Source: Octopus bimaculoides (lineage: Eukaryota). Taken from it: 63,979 nt of DNA. Of this stretch, positions 13,105-25,503 are shown piece by piece. Every line of letters begins with the position of its first letter. Within the stretch, counting starts at the first letter, position 1. The translations under genes and the position numbers were made by a program. Location: the NCBI RefSeq assembly GCF_001194135.2, contig NC_069001.1, forward strand, positions 39,410,772 to 39,474,750, in the 5' to 3' direction. The notes under the pieces were generated by a model. It was not told the origin of the DNA. It was given only the letters and a program-made list of their open reading frames with translations, and did no database searches.

Positions 13105-13173
13105 CATTGGCCTTGACACTACTCGGTGCCTTTTTAGACTCTTTAAATTCTCGTCGATGTTTCCATTAAACGG
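13105..13173 (-). CDS. Candidate exon (PFNGNIDENLKSLKRHRVVSRPM), unknown product
   Basis: Acceptor gattttttttcag, moderate donor ATG/GTATTT, 69 nt open, phase 0-0. Confidence 0.2.
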
Positions 13174-14009
13174 CTGAAAAAAAATCAACGATTTTGGGAA
13201 GAAAAGAGACGGGAAAAGAATTCTAGTGAGGAGACGGTGCTGAATAGAATATAGCTGAGAGAGGGATAAGAAATAGATGTGTCGGGTGTATTTAAATGTA
13301 GGTGAGAGGAAAGCAGACATCTCTGAGTAGTAGACGACATTACAGTAGTTAAAACAAAGAGAAGACACAGTAGATGTGTAATTGGCCACAAATTCGAGTA
13401 TGTTGCTGAGTATTCATGCAACACGCTGTTGTAATAAAGTCGGATGTCAGAATCATGTGATTTTTATAAAGAATTTTTATTTGAGAAAGACTAGGCGATC
13501 ACAGCCGGAATGAGTATATTTTTATTTGATCGGAGAAATACCAGATAATCGATAATATTTCCTTTTTGACATCTTCAGTACATCTACATTTAATTAAATT
13601 TATAAATAACCTAAAAATAATCCCTAAATCCATTAATCCTGACTTTTTTTTCCAATTGTTTGTTCTTAATTTCCATTGTTTAAAAGATAACATTGTATTA
13701 CTCAATTCCTCAATTTAACGTTTATCGCTTCGACTCCACCATAGACATATAACAATGTTGTCATTCACGACACGATATCGACTGCTTATCTACTCGACCA
13801 AGCCAAAATATTTCTTCTTTATTAATTTGCCTGTAGCTGTTTCTAAACAATCAATTCCACGCCACTTCAATAGAACCATCTTACACTTCTGCATTACACA
13901 TACACTTACGATTTACTGGAACGCTACACTTGCAAAGTGCACTGAGACGAGCAACTTGCAAGTGTGAACTAATTCCATAAAGTGCATGCATTGTTAGACC
14001 TCGAAATCA

Positions 14010-14144
14010 AATATCGAGGAAACCACGCCCCACGGTGTTCAAGAATGGTTAAAGACTTACATGAGGATTTATTTAAGTGGTGAGGAATTGACGAAACTAA
14101 GAACAGCTGTCGACAAGAGAAAGTTTAACAATGAGAACTTCTGA
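14010..14144 (+). pseudogene. Possible decayed 3' end of an RTE-type LINE ORF
   Basis: NIEETTPHGVQEWLKTYMRIYLSGEELTKLRTAVDKRKF loosely follows the IEG-x-RPRGR..W..L..A-x-DR C-terminal pattern; by eye only. Confidence 0.2.
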
Positions 14145-16513
14145 CTTGTCAATACTGATATGTTTTATTTGATCACGCTGCCAACATTGTGTAGCATGAC
14201 AATTTTTTAATGTCTAACTAGGGGACAATGAACGGCAAATTGGATTACTAACTATTTATAGATCAATAAAAGCATTCTTAAGAGTAAAGCAATTTGTAAA
14301 CCAGACCCAAGGTCAATGTCTTTGGAAAGGTGACTTATTTTGAGGTCGTTGTTGGTTTATAAATCTAATGAAATATAAATGTTCTGTAGATGTGATGTAT
14401 TCAGTGGTCTCATTCTAGAGTAAATAGAATTATTATAAATGCAACGTTAGATAAAAAAAAATTAAAAATAACCTACAAGAGTTGGATTTGATCCCAAGTC
14501 TGCTCGTTCTGGGTTGTTTTGGAGCTCAGCGAACGTGTAATTTATAGTTTTAACATGCATAGACACTAGCTCCTAGACTGTAACTTCATACATACACCTT
14601 GCACATACACCTATACCGTTAATTCACACACAGACCATAGACTTTTACGTAGACTTTAACCATGGATTACGATCACATTCAGCGATTTTCTTTTACGAAT
14701 CAATGAAACACCACTAGGTGACACGCTGACCCGCTAGAAATATCAGCTAACATTTCCTCTATTACATAAATGTAAAACTTAAAAATGTAATTGTATTCAG
14801 TCAACTATATTCCACATGTGACCACCAACACTTGCTAAAACGATGTAGTATTATATTATCTAAAGTAATCTTTAGTGTCTTAAAATTTTAATGATATTAG
14901 ATTTTGGCTGCTATCACTAGCGGGTCAAGAAGTCAGATAGTCTTCAGCCTTGTTTTAGAAACAGATGGTAACGCCTTCTGATTAAAGTGAACAAAATTAT
15001 AGGAAACTGATAATAATTCGGAATTAATCGAAAAATATTTGAGCGACTTCGTTTTCCGACAAACAATTACGATCTCTAATTTTAGAGGAAGGAACAATCG
15101 GTTTTGCTGCATAATTAAGTACTTTAATTAGGCTCTCAGATAGAAGCTTTATATTATCTTAATCACAATCATAATTGCCACCGTTAAGTGTAATGACCTA
15201 ATTTTAAAATGTTCAATTTGTATTACTAGGCCAAAACATTTATAAATATTTGTGCGACAGATGGTACCGCAAAATCAATATCGGTCCATCGTTATCTTTA
15301 TAATACACACACACACACACACACACACATCTACATTGTATGAGTTTATCAAGGGACTATATAATGGGCGTGTAACATGCGGGATATACACACACTGAGA
15401 AATGATCAATTATTCTTCTTATCCAGGTTCTGTCCTTGCAATAGTCGTTAGTCATTTTTAAATCAAATAAAAGATTCTCAGAATCCAACATTCAAGTCAG
15501 GTTCCAGTTGTATTATGGATAGACATTACCTAAAATTTGAATATTTATTTCTCTGTAATATTTATGGCAGAGCGATAGGTTTAAAATAGTGTCACATTCT
15601 GTGAGAACAGCCACCATGCCGCTCTAGTGTGTGTGTGTATATATAATCTCTCACCCTTACTATCTACGGGTCTGGCCTCATATTCATCTATCTACCTGTA
15701 TTTTTAATAATGAAAAAGATCATGTGGTTACCTTTATTTAGTTACGTTTCAAATTTACATGTAGCAAATTCGAAGAAGAAACTATACCTACATTTCGTTT
15801 ACATAGATTTAAATTCAACATTGCACTGAAGAAGTCAACTTCAGATTGAAACATGTGTATGTGAGTAGAATTGTATGAATTTTATTAACTCCAGCAAATA
15901 TATGAGAAATAAATATGAAAGGACTGTTGAATTTTAATTATTATTACTGCAAAGTGAATGAACGGGGAATAGAGTTTATCGCCCATGGCTACACTATAAC
16001 GGATGTACCAATCAGGGGATGCCGTGTGTGTATATATATAGTGTATGTGTACACATATCTCTTCTGTCTCAAATATTAAAAATATTTCAGAATTGAAATG
16101 GTAATTCCTCAGGCGACAGACATTTCCTTCCATTTCCAGAGACAGTGAAAGGTTATTACAGGCAAAGAAATGATTCATCTAATTGAGTGAAATCGAAGAA
16201 TTCTGATCTTTCAGTGATCATATTGGAATATAATTATCGTAAATACATAAACATATTTTCAAATATTCTTCTTGAGGTACTTTTTAGGGGTGGGTTACTG
16301 GCAGCAAGACCCATTTATGTTGTAACTATTAGCAACCTAATTATAAAGCTGTCCACTGCTTTCTCTACATCAAAAGTTTCTTTATTCAAAGTTTAACCTC
16401 TCTCTACTGATTCCTCCGGGCACATTTTATATTAAAATGTTCAAAATGAGGTAAGTAACGTCTGGTGTGTGTGTGATTATACAGACACATATGTGTCTGT
16501 ATATATGTATGTA

Positions 16514-16545
<32 letters not shown>

Positions 16546-18385
16546 NNNNNNNNNNNNNNNNNNNNNNNNNNNNNNNNNNNNNNNNNNNNNNNNNNNNNNN
16601 NNNNNNNNNNNNNNNNNNNNNNNNNNNNNNNNNNNNNNNNNNNNNNNNNNNNNNNNNNNNNNNNNNNNNNNNNNNNNNNNNNNNNNNNNNNNNNNNNNNN
16701 NNNNNNNNNNNNNNNNNNNNNNNNNNNNNNNNNNNNNNNNNNNNNNNNNNNNNNNNNNNNNNNNNNNNNNNNNNNNNNNNNNNNNNNNNNNNNNNNNNNN
16801 NNNNNNNNNNNNNNNNNNNNNNNNNNNNNNNNNNNNNNNNNNNNNNNNNNNNNNNNNNNNNNNNNNNNNNNNNNNNNNNNNNNNNNNNNNNNNNNNNNNN
16901 NNNNNNNNNNNNNNNNNNNNNNNNNNNNNNNNNNNNNNNNNNNNNNNNNNNNNNNNNNNNNNNNNNNNNNNNNNNNNNNNNNNNNNNNNNNNNNNNNNNN
17001 NNNNNNNNNNNNNNNNNNNNNNNNNNNNNNNNNNNNNNNNNNNNNNNNNNNNNNNNNNNNNNNNNNNNNNNNNNNNNNNNNNNNNNNNNNNNNNNNNNNN
17101 NNNNNNNNNNNNNNNNNNNNNNNNNNNNNNNNNNNNNNNNNNNNNNNNNNNNNNNNNNNNNNNNNNNNNNNNNNNNNNNNNNNNNNNNNNNNNNNNNNNN
17201 NNNNNNNNNNNNNNNNNNNNNNNNNNNNNNNNNNNNNNNNNNNNNNNNNNNNATATATATATATATATATATAATCAATGCGGAAAGATCAATATATCAA
17301 TCTTTTTAATCAGTTATATGAAACATTTTTTTTTATTTTTCAATCAATTTGTTTTTCGGTTTTGTTCTGAAATCCGACCCTGGTGAGAACTGGTGAGATT
17401 ATAATCTGATAAAACGAGGCTCCTCTCATGGAGGTCGTATCCGTCTTCATTGTTTTATCAAACTATTCTCTGATTGATTATTCAAAGTATGTTCCATTGT
17501 GTCGATGTAAATATTTAGCAAGAGAATGGAACCTCATACCAAGTGAGACACTCGAGAAAATACTGGACAGACCAGCTGCTTTTTCATTAGTTTAATTCCC
17601 ATCTACTATTTCTAGATTTGGACAATGAATATGTAGCAAATTATGTCCCTCCCGCCTCTTTCCCAACCATCATCTCTTTCTCTCTTGTTATGCCTCACAT
17701 TCTCTCTCTCTTCTCGCTCACACCTTGTTGAGCAACCCCTCCCTCTCTCTACTTGCTGTTGGTAAAGGAAAGAAAAATACCTCTTCTGAATGATCGCGCC
17801 ATGGCATATAATGCAAGTAAGCTGAAGGCCTTGCCGATCGATCAGGATCAGAGACAAACAGACATAGTTTAACAGTACACAACACACACACATCAACACA
17901 AGGCCTGTTGTTTTTTTTTTTTCATCCAATGTCTATATTAATGCTAGGTCAAACGATAAAAGTTTGCTGCTTAAGTAATTTTACGCAATAATATAACAGA
18001 CAGTGTAAAAATATTCCGTAATTCTCGCACAACAATTTCTAATAATATGTTCCACAGCAAACAGATCGATTTCTGTTCTGTGGAATGGCGTATGTAAGCC
18101 TGTTAAATACAATTGTATTAATTAATCTCTTTAAATGGAGAATAGTTACCGCCAGATGGCCAAAGTTCTCGGCTTTTCTCCTCTTATACATAACAATAGT
18201 TAGGCAATGTTTACAATGTGGATGGCTGCCAATAATGAGGAACTGTTTTGGCAATATTTGCTCCAGCTGGGCTATAATTGTGGATCAGGTCAGACGCCTA
18301 TGAAAGGTTATAAACAAATTTGATAATGAACATAACAGTTAAATTACGTTTGAAAGGGGGTGTATGTGCGTGTATGTATCTCTCT

Positions 18386-18416
<31 letters not shown>

Positions 18417-18430
18417 AAATATATATATAT

Positions 18431-18526
18431 AAGGATTTACTTTTCGTAATGAGATAAAAAAATAACCAAGGCTGTGTACATTATAGAACATTTATAGATA
18501 GGTCTTACAGCTGTTTCCAGGACATT
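18431..18526 (-). mobile_element. Penelope-type terminal repeat fragment (homologous to 49445-49557)
   Basis: Shares ATGAGATAAAAA..CCAAGGCTGTG..GGTCTTACAGCTGTTTCC with 49445-49535; both abut (TA)n. Confidence 0.65.
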
Positions 18527-19197
18527 TTGTTTTCGTTGACTTTAAATGGCCTGGCACATGGGAGAAAAGAAAAGTTTCTTAGTGGTCCAGGGAAATGTCC
18601 TGATGAGTTTCCTAACGAAACAGATCAATTTTCGAACATGACTATTGATAGACAATTAGTATTTAAACAATGAATTATTCATATTTGAATTAATATTTAA
18701 TTGCAACGCAATATATAAAGCAATTTTTACGGGGAGCTTGTAAACCGTTGCTCGATCACAGTGTCTCTCCAAGTCTTCCATGTTCTGGACGAACCCTGGT
18801 AATCTCAGACCCAGATTAAATTCTTTGCCTCTTATCCATTCTTTGCAATTTTTGTCGTCCATTATTTCGTTTCCGAGTAATCCGATCAATATCACTTTCT
18901 GGTTGTTTCTTCTCAACAGTTGTCAACATTTTACATGTCTGTCTGTCTGTCTGTCTTATGACCATCCTAAAGTGGCAACCTGTTCGTATTGTCACATCAG
19001 AGGAAAATGCTTTGCAGTTTATCTTTCAGCTCTTCACGTTCCCAGTACAAAACCGACGAGGTCACCTTGACGTTTTATCCGTTCCGAGTTGATAATAATA
19101 TAAAGTACCAGTTATATATCCTGACCGGTGGTATTTGACTAATCCCCTCTTTGTACCGAAATCATAAACTATTGTTATTGCTGTTGTTGCCATTCGA

Positions 19198-19228
<31 letters not shown>

Positions 19229-19242
19229 CGTTTTAATAAAAT

Positions 19243-19453
19243 AGGTCGTCGAGTTGGCAGAATCGTTAGCTCGTCGGATAAAATGCTTTGAGGCATTTCG
19301 TCCGTCTTTATGCTCTGAGTTAAAATTCCGCCGAAGTTGCCTTTACCATTCATCCTTTCGGCATCGATGAAATAAATACCAGCTGAGCACTGGGGTCGAT
19401 GGAACCGACAAGCCGCCTTCCCCTAAATTTCAAGGCCTTGCCTTTAGTAAAAA
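19243..19453 (+). mobile_element. tRNA-derived SINE (family A)
   Basis: GAGTTGGCAGAATCGTTAG head, GAGTTAAAATTCCGCCGAAG B-box region, TACCAG..CACTGGGGTCGATG body; more than 10 related copies in the window. Confidence 0.9.
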
Positions 19454-19536
19454 GTTTTATTATTATTCTTTCCCCACAAATTGCAGGCCTTGTGCCTATA
19501 GTAGAAAAGATTATTATTATTATTATTATTATTATG

Positions 19537-19755
19537 AAGGCGGTGAGCTGGCAGAATCGTTAGCACGCCGGACAGAATGCTTACTGGCATTTCGTCCGTC
19601 TTTACGTTCTCGGTTCAAATTCCGCCGAGGCCGACTTTGCCTTTCATTTTTCGGGGTCGATAAATTAAGTACCAGTGAAACACTGGGGTCGATGTAATTG
19701 ACTAGTCCCCTCCCCACAAATTTGAGGCTTTGTGCCTCCAGTAGAAACGATTATT
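19537..19755 (+). mobile_element. tRNA-derived SINE (family A), well-preserved full-length copy
   Basis: AAGGCGGTGAGCTGGCAGAATCGTTAGCACGCCGG..GGTTCAAATTCCGCCGAGG..TTTCGGGGTCGATAAATTAAGTACCAG..GTAGAAACGATTATT. Confidence 0.92.
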
Positions 19756-20615
19756 GTTATTGTTGTTGTTGTTGTTGGTATTATCATCTGAGTACTGTTC
19801 CTACTTGGCGACGTCCGTAACGAAACAACCCAAACACTTTTGCCAAGTGTTATTAATATCTCCACATGTGAGCATGTCAGGCGAGAATGAGAGAAAGTAA
19901 CAAAAATCCAGACCGATTTGTAAAAAACATTTTTTCTTCCTCCATATTCCTAACCAGCTGTTTTTCTTCGTGTTTACTTTGGTTGTATTACTTTCTTTCC
20001 ATTAATATTTGACTTCTTAAATATCTCGTCATAAGATGTTTATAGACTTTTCTCCTGACAATATCGATTTGGTTTGTTCTTCTCCACTTCTCTCGTATAC
20101 ACTACCGTTGTCAAGGATTTCCTATAAAACCTGTAATTTACTGCTTTCATCAACAAATTTCAAAACTCTGTGAAAAGAGAGAAAATAAAAACAACTAAAA
20201 ACAGTAAAAGTAAAATTTAACGAAATTCTATCGATCAATATTTAATACTGACTGTTATAAACTATCAATACACTAAAATTTCTACATCAATTGCAAGAAA
20301 TCTTTCCTTACTGTATGTATAGGCTTCACTTTCTCCTCCTCTCTCTGTCACACACACACACNNNNNNNNNNNNNNNNNNNNNNNNNNNNNNNNNNNNNNN
20401 NNNNNNNNNNNNNNNNNNNNNNNNNNNNNNNNNNNNNNNNNNNNNNNNNNNNNNNNNNNNNNNNNNNNNNNNNNNNNNNNNNNNNNNNNNNNNNNNNNNN
20501 NNNNNNNNNNNNNNNNNNNNNNNNNNNNNNNNNNNNNNNNNNNNNNNNNNNNNNNNNNNNNNNNNNNNNNNNNNNNNNNNNNNNNNNNNNNNNNNNNNNN
20601 NNNNNNNNNNNNNNN

Positions 20616-20660
<45 letters not shown>

Positions 20661-20930
20661 TTTTATCTTGTGTCATTTGACTACGGCCATGCCGGAGCAC
20701 CGCTTCATATATAATGTGTGTGAGAATCTCTCCATGTATCTCTATCAAGCTAACTATATATCTACCCATCTCTCTCTCTCTCTATCCCACTCTCTCTGTC
20801 TCTCTCTCAGAAATGTGTATGAGACCTCTTCCCCCATTTATGGTTTTCTATAAATTAAGGCTCTAGCATTTGTATGTACAACATGTCATCTTTATTGTAG
20901 TGACTGTTCAGAAATAATATCCCCGTAGAC

Positions 20931-21050
20931 GGGTGCTTGACCTGGCAGAAATAGCAGCCAGATCATTCACAAATCACATTCTTCAATCCTGCATAATTAC
21001 AACCTAATTTAGAAAAATAGCCCTGGCACGGTTGGAACGTCTTTGATCAG
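20931..21050 (-). mobile_element. Family C element, degenerate
   Basis: GACCTGGCAGAAATAGCAGCCAGATC and GGCACGGTTGGAACGTCTTTGATCAG are the two family-C blocks in reverse orientation. Confidence 0.6.
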
Positions 21051-21234
21051 ATGCTACTCAAAAATATCACCACATTAGATTGGTAATAAAAATAGGTACC
21101 AGTCATTAGCTGAGTTCGTATTTGTCTGTTTTTATCGTAAAACCAGGGAAAGGGGTCCCAACACCAAGAGAACCCCTTTATTATTTTTTTCTTTTTAGAG
21201 TCTCCAAAACTGTGGACAGTCTTCAGGACAGATA

Positions 21235-21500
21235 TAAAGCTGGAGATGAGTGGTGCGGGTTTAAACTGGCCAAGGAACGAAGTCTACCACGCGGTACAAG
21301 AAACAAACACCACCAGGTATTCAGTCCGACGCTCTAACAATTGTTCTACCACCACCACCCCGCTCTTGCCTGGTCATTTAATTTATCCACCACAAAAGCG
21401 ACGAAGGACAAAGTTTACTTCGACGAAGTTTGAATTGGAGAGTAGAAAATCGGACCAAATACCACGAGGTAGTTTGTCCAACGTTTTAACCACTCAGTAC
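21235..21500 (-). mobile_element. Two degenerate family-A SINE heads in tandem
   Basis: AAAGTTTACTTCGACGAAGTTTGAA..CGGACCAAATACC..TTTGTCCAACGTTTTAAC and a similar block at 21235-21350 match the reverse complement of family A. Confidence 0.55.
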
Positions 21501-22575
21501 CATATATGGAATAGGGATTTGGAACCGTTGATTAACCCCTAGTTGGTTGCTCGACATGCGAGAAACAGCAATAAATTCGATCTGAAATAACGCCCTTCCG
21601 ATTTAGAAAAAGGACATTGTATAATGTGCCTGCTGGATGCACTGGGTCTGGGGAAAGAACAGGAGAGTCAGAGGATTCCTGCCATACTATTAAATGTGAC
21701 GTTGTGGTTTTCATGCTGAGGTGCTCTGGGCTATTTGGACATTCCGGGTCATTTTTAGCACGTGCGCCCCCCCCCCCCCGCACACTTGCTCATACACTTC
21801 CACGCACACATGCTTCCTCTCAGATACATGCGCTTACTCTTTTGCACACACTCTCATACACACGCACACATACACAGTTTCCAAACATACAAACCCGTCC
21901 TCTCATATACTCATGCAATTCCCAAACACACAAACACACACACACACACTCACACGTGTGGTAAGTTGTTCTTCTTCCCTGTAACTGAGTGAGTTTCCAC
22001 GACCTGCCAGAATGGTGATGCTGCTCACCAATGACGCTAACATCAATTATAACAAGAGAAGACATATGCTATTCAAACTCCTGCAGTCTGGCTAAATATA
22101 TACTTCAGCTTTCTGAAGCTAATTTTGAACGTCATTAAACGAGGATTTCTTTGTTATTTTTCTTCTTATTTCTAATAGAAATTAATTAATTTTTCTGATT
22201 TTTGTCTATAATTTCGGCGCCGCCGAATCTAGTGTTTTAATACAAATATGAATATAATTATATTTGAAGTATCTCTTACAGAAAATCTAATGAATGGATT
22301 GAAAGGAAATCTCGTCCTCCTCCTACCTGGACTCTGTAACTTCAATACAAGATTTAATTGAATTACCTGCATTTAACTATAGAAACAGAAAGAATTCGAT
22401 TAAATATCAGAGTTTCTCCTCTACTTTTATCTCTCCCCCCACTCTCTCTCTTTCTTTCTCTCACTCTCACTCATCACCAAACTCAACTATTATTCTTTGT
22501 TGTCTACCTGCACTGGATTAGATCAGAATTCTATTCAGTTACTACTACTACTACTACTACTCTTATTATCATCAC

Positions 22576-22608
<33 letters not shown>

Positions 22609-22632
22609 TACTACTACTGTTATTGTTATTAT

Positions 22633-22850
22633 AAAGTCGGCGAACTGACAAATGTTAGCGTGCCGGACGAAATGCTTAGCGGCATTTCGCCCGTTGCTAC
22701 GTTCTGAGTTCACATTCCGCCGAGGTCAACTTTGCCTTTCATCTTTTTGGGGTCGATACAATAACCATCAGTTAAACCCCTGGCTCGGTGTAATCAACTT
22801 ACCCCTCCCCTAAAATTGCCGGGATTGTGCCAACATTTAAAACCATTATT
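22633..22850 (+). mobile_element. tRNA-derived SINE (family A)
   Basis: AAAGTCGGCGAACTGACAAATGTTAGCGTGCCGGACGAAATGCTTAGCGGCATTTCG..GAGTTCACATTCCGCCGAGG; preceded by (ACT)n/(ATT)n. Confidence 0.9.
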
Positions 22851-24071
22851 CTTGTTGTTGTGATTATTATTTTGTATTTAGCATTGAAAAAGTTTTTATC
22901 TTTTTTAACAAATAAAACAAAACCTGTCAGAATGCCAATATCAAAATATTTCCCCTTCACCAACTTCAGAATAATTATGTTTTTCACGCACAAACAAGTT
23001 ATTTGTGAAGCTGAACACTACACTCACACTTACAAGTGTGTGTGCGTGTGCGTGTGTGTGTGTGAGTATGTCTGTCTGTCTGTGTGTGTGCGTGCGTGCG
23101 TGATGTCTGTATCCTATTATTGCTTTCAGTCAGTGAACTGCGGCCATGCTGTAGCTCTGACTACCCGTCTGTCCACATTTGAAAGTTTCGTATATGCGGT
23201 GCATCTTTTATCGATTTCTAATTTGTTGAACCGCTATATGCGGAATATAAAACACAGCACGAGGTTTTGCAAGTGATGGAACTGTTAACACATTGACGAA
23301 CGTTCGCGCGCGTGTGTGCATGTATATATATATATAATGCAAGCACCAATTTGATTATATTATGCATATGCATGTCTGTAATTTATGTATATGTAAATCT
23401 TCATACGACTAATATTTACAGATATACTTTTTTCATGTATACATAGAATTATGAATATTTATCGATGTATTCTCTCACACACGCGCACATACACACATAC
23501 ACGCATGCATATATATATGTGTGTATGTATGCACGTGTGTTTATCAAGAAATATATTTGTGAGCGTTAGTATGATTCTATGCATATTTATATACACAGTC
23601 ACGCACGCACTCAAAATCACAACCGTATATACACGCGTTTGTTATGTATACACACATGCGTGAATTTATCCATTTTATTCTCTCTGAAATCTAGAGACGA
23701 TGCACACAGGATTGAACAAGACATGAAGTAAATAAGGTTAGCTTCTCCTGCTGCAAAATCAATAGTTTTGTCCGAAAAACTGCCAATACATACCCATAGA
23801 AATGTACGTGTGGAGGTGAAGTGATTTGTGCGAGAATCTATAAATAAATATCTGTCTATCTATTTGATCGACCTCAATATGATTCGATTATTTACGACTG
23901 TTTATGAGAAAGATTCCCTATAAAATGCTTTCACTCAGCTGTCACTCGGTTTCGGGTACACGTGTTCCTCAGATGGAGAATGGAGTGCATGTGCACGCAG
24001 AAATGTGTTTTCTATGTTTATACAGTGTGTCGATTTGTGTCTTGAATATGATACACCTGTCTTAACCACCA

Positions 24072-24102
<31 letters not shown>

Positions 24103-24110
24103 ACAATGCA

Positions 24111-24288
24111 GAGTTGTTGGTTAGTTTCAGGTCAACTGAATAGATTTATGTTGAAAGGCTTTCTTATCGTGACCATCCCTTTTGTTTTCTTTTCAGGAAA
24201 ACTGCTTTTGTTTTTACAAGAGTAGGACTTAATTTGATGAAGATTTGGCTGCTCCTTTCAGCATGTCTAGCACTTACATAGGAGCATG
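24111..24288 (+). mobile_element. Family C element, degenerate
   Basis: TCAGGTCAAC..GTGACCATCCC followed by GAAGATTTGGCTGCTCCTTTCAGC..ATAGGAGC. Confidence 0.6.
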
Positions 24289-25300
24289 CACACTGTCACA
24301 GAGGAGCAGTGGTGGTGGTGGTGGTAGATGTCAGGGAAACAGGGTTATTTGGTGCCGTTCATTTCCAGGGGGTCAGTTCCGATCACTGTTTTCTGTAACC
24401 AAAAGCTATTCGAGCAGTAAACCTCTCGCCTTTGTTCTTGTCTTTGTCACAGTCTGTTGAGGGCTTCATTGTCCAATGCGTCCTGTCCCGTTTTAAGAGT
24501 GCTAAATATCATCTCAGGGCAATATTGCCGCTATTTCTAACATATAAAGGGACCGTGTAGAGGAGGCTACCTTATTATCTCTGTGTAGAGTACAATATGG
24601 CCTTCAATAAGAAATGAGCAGATACTTAGAGTTAGCCGGAGAGATTGTTGAAGATTAACTCTGCTGCAGAGACTCACAACAGAGATATTTAAAATTATCT
24701 GTGACTGTTGATCGAGATTATTCAATGTCATGCAAAATTCATGGGACTGTGCTGCATTTATGACTGATATATATACTCTCGCTGACTCTATCTGAATATA
24801 ATAGGTACTATGAGACGGTAACAGTCAGCACTATACGAGTCAGTTTTAGTCAAAGACAATAGTTATACGAGAATTGTAGCTTAGTCACCGTCAAATCAGA
24901 ACCCCCTTAATAAAAACAGGACATATTAAATAAAATGGTTCTATATATTCCAGAGCAAACGAATCACGCTTGCAATGTTTGGTCATAGGTCTGTTCGATC
25001 AAGGTTTTCCGTTGCTAAATAACAAGTGCAACAACACCCAACAATAGCCGTGGGAAATGGTTTAACATCACACATTCCTTATTTCCAAATGGTGCTGCTA
25101 AACTGTCATCTAGGTTAGTCCTTGGTAACTTTTAGATGAATTCCGTTCTGCTGCATGAATTCTGGTCACAACTGAAATCTGGAAGTAACTGCCTCGTTTG
25201 TTTCTACCGGAGGATCCGGAAAAGCGGAGTCATCATCAGCTCTGGCCTTCCTCCCCCTCCTCTTATTAACTCCTTAAACGAATCACTTTCTAACAGTCAA

Positions 25301-25503
25301 GGCCCATGGCTTAGTAATTAGGAAGTTGCATTTATGATTGTGGTTTCGATTCCAGGACGATCGCTGTGTTGTGTCCTCGAGCAAAAACACCTAATTTTCA
25401 TGTTGTTTCAGTTCACTCAGCTGTTAATACAACGGATCAGAATCCCGTTCGAAGGGTAGCTTGTGATATCGGTCGCTTATACGCACTGGAAATCGGCCCC
25501 TAT
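25301..25503 (+). mobile_element. tRNA-headed SINE with CORE-like region (family D)
   Basis: CATGGCTTAGT head, GGTTTCGATTCC B box, GTTGTGTCCTCGAGCAAAAACACC..CAGTTCACTCAGCTGT; 3' part related to 31260-31328. Confidence 0.7.

Noticed and set aside
11900-13330. Scattered ABCA-like words (AFLSPTF, WYFLRP, GLSWNI, GIQKPNGEV)
   Set aside because: They are in different frames, interrupted by stops, and partly in the wrong order for ABCA.
18501-18623. Functional cis type-III hammerhead
   Set aside because: Five extra nucleotides lie between the putative cleavage triplet and stem I, so the register is wrong.
21122-21542. ORFs of 71 and 98 aa
   Set aside because: They overlap degenerate antisense family-A SINEs.
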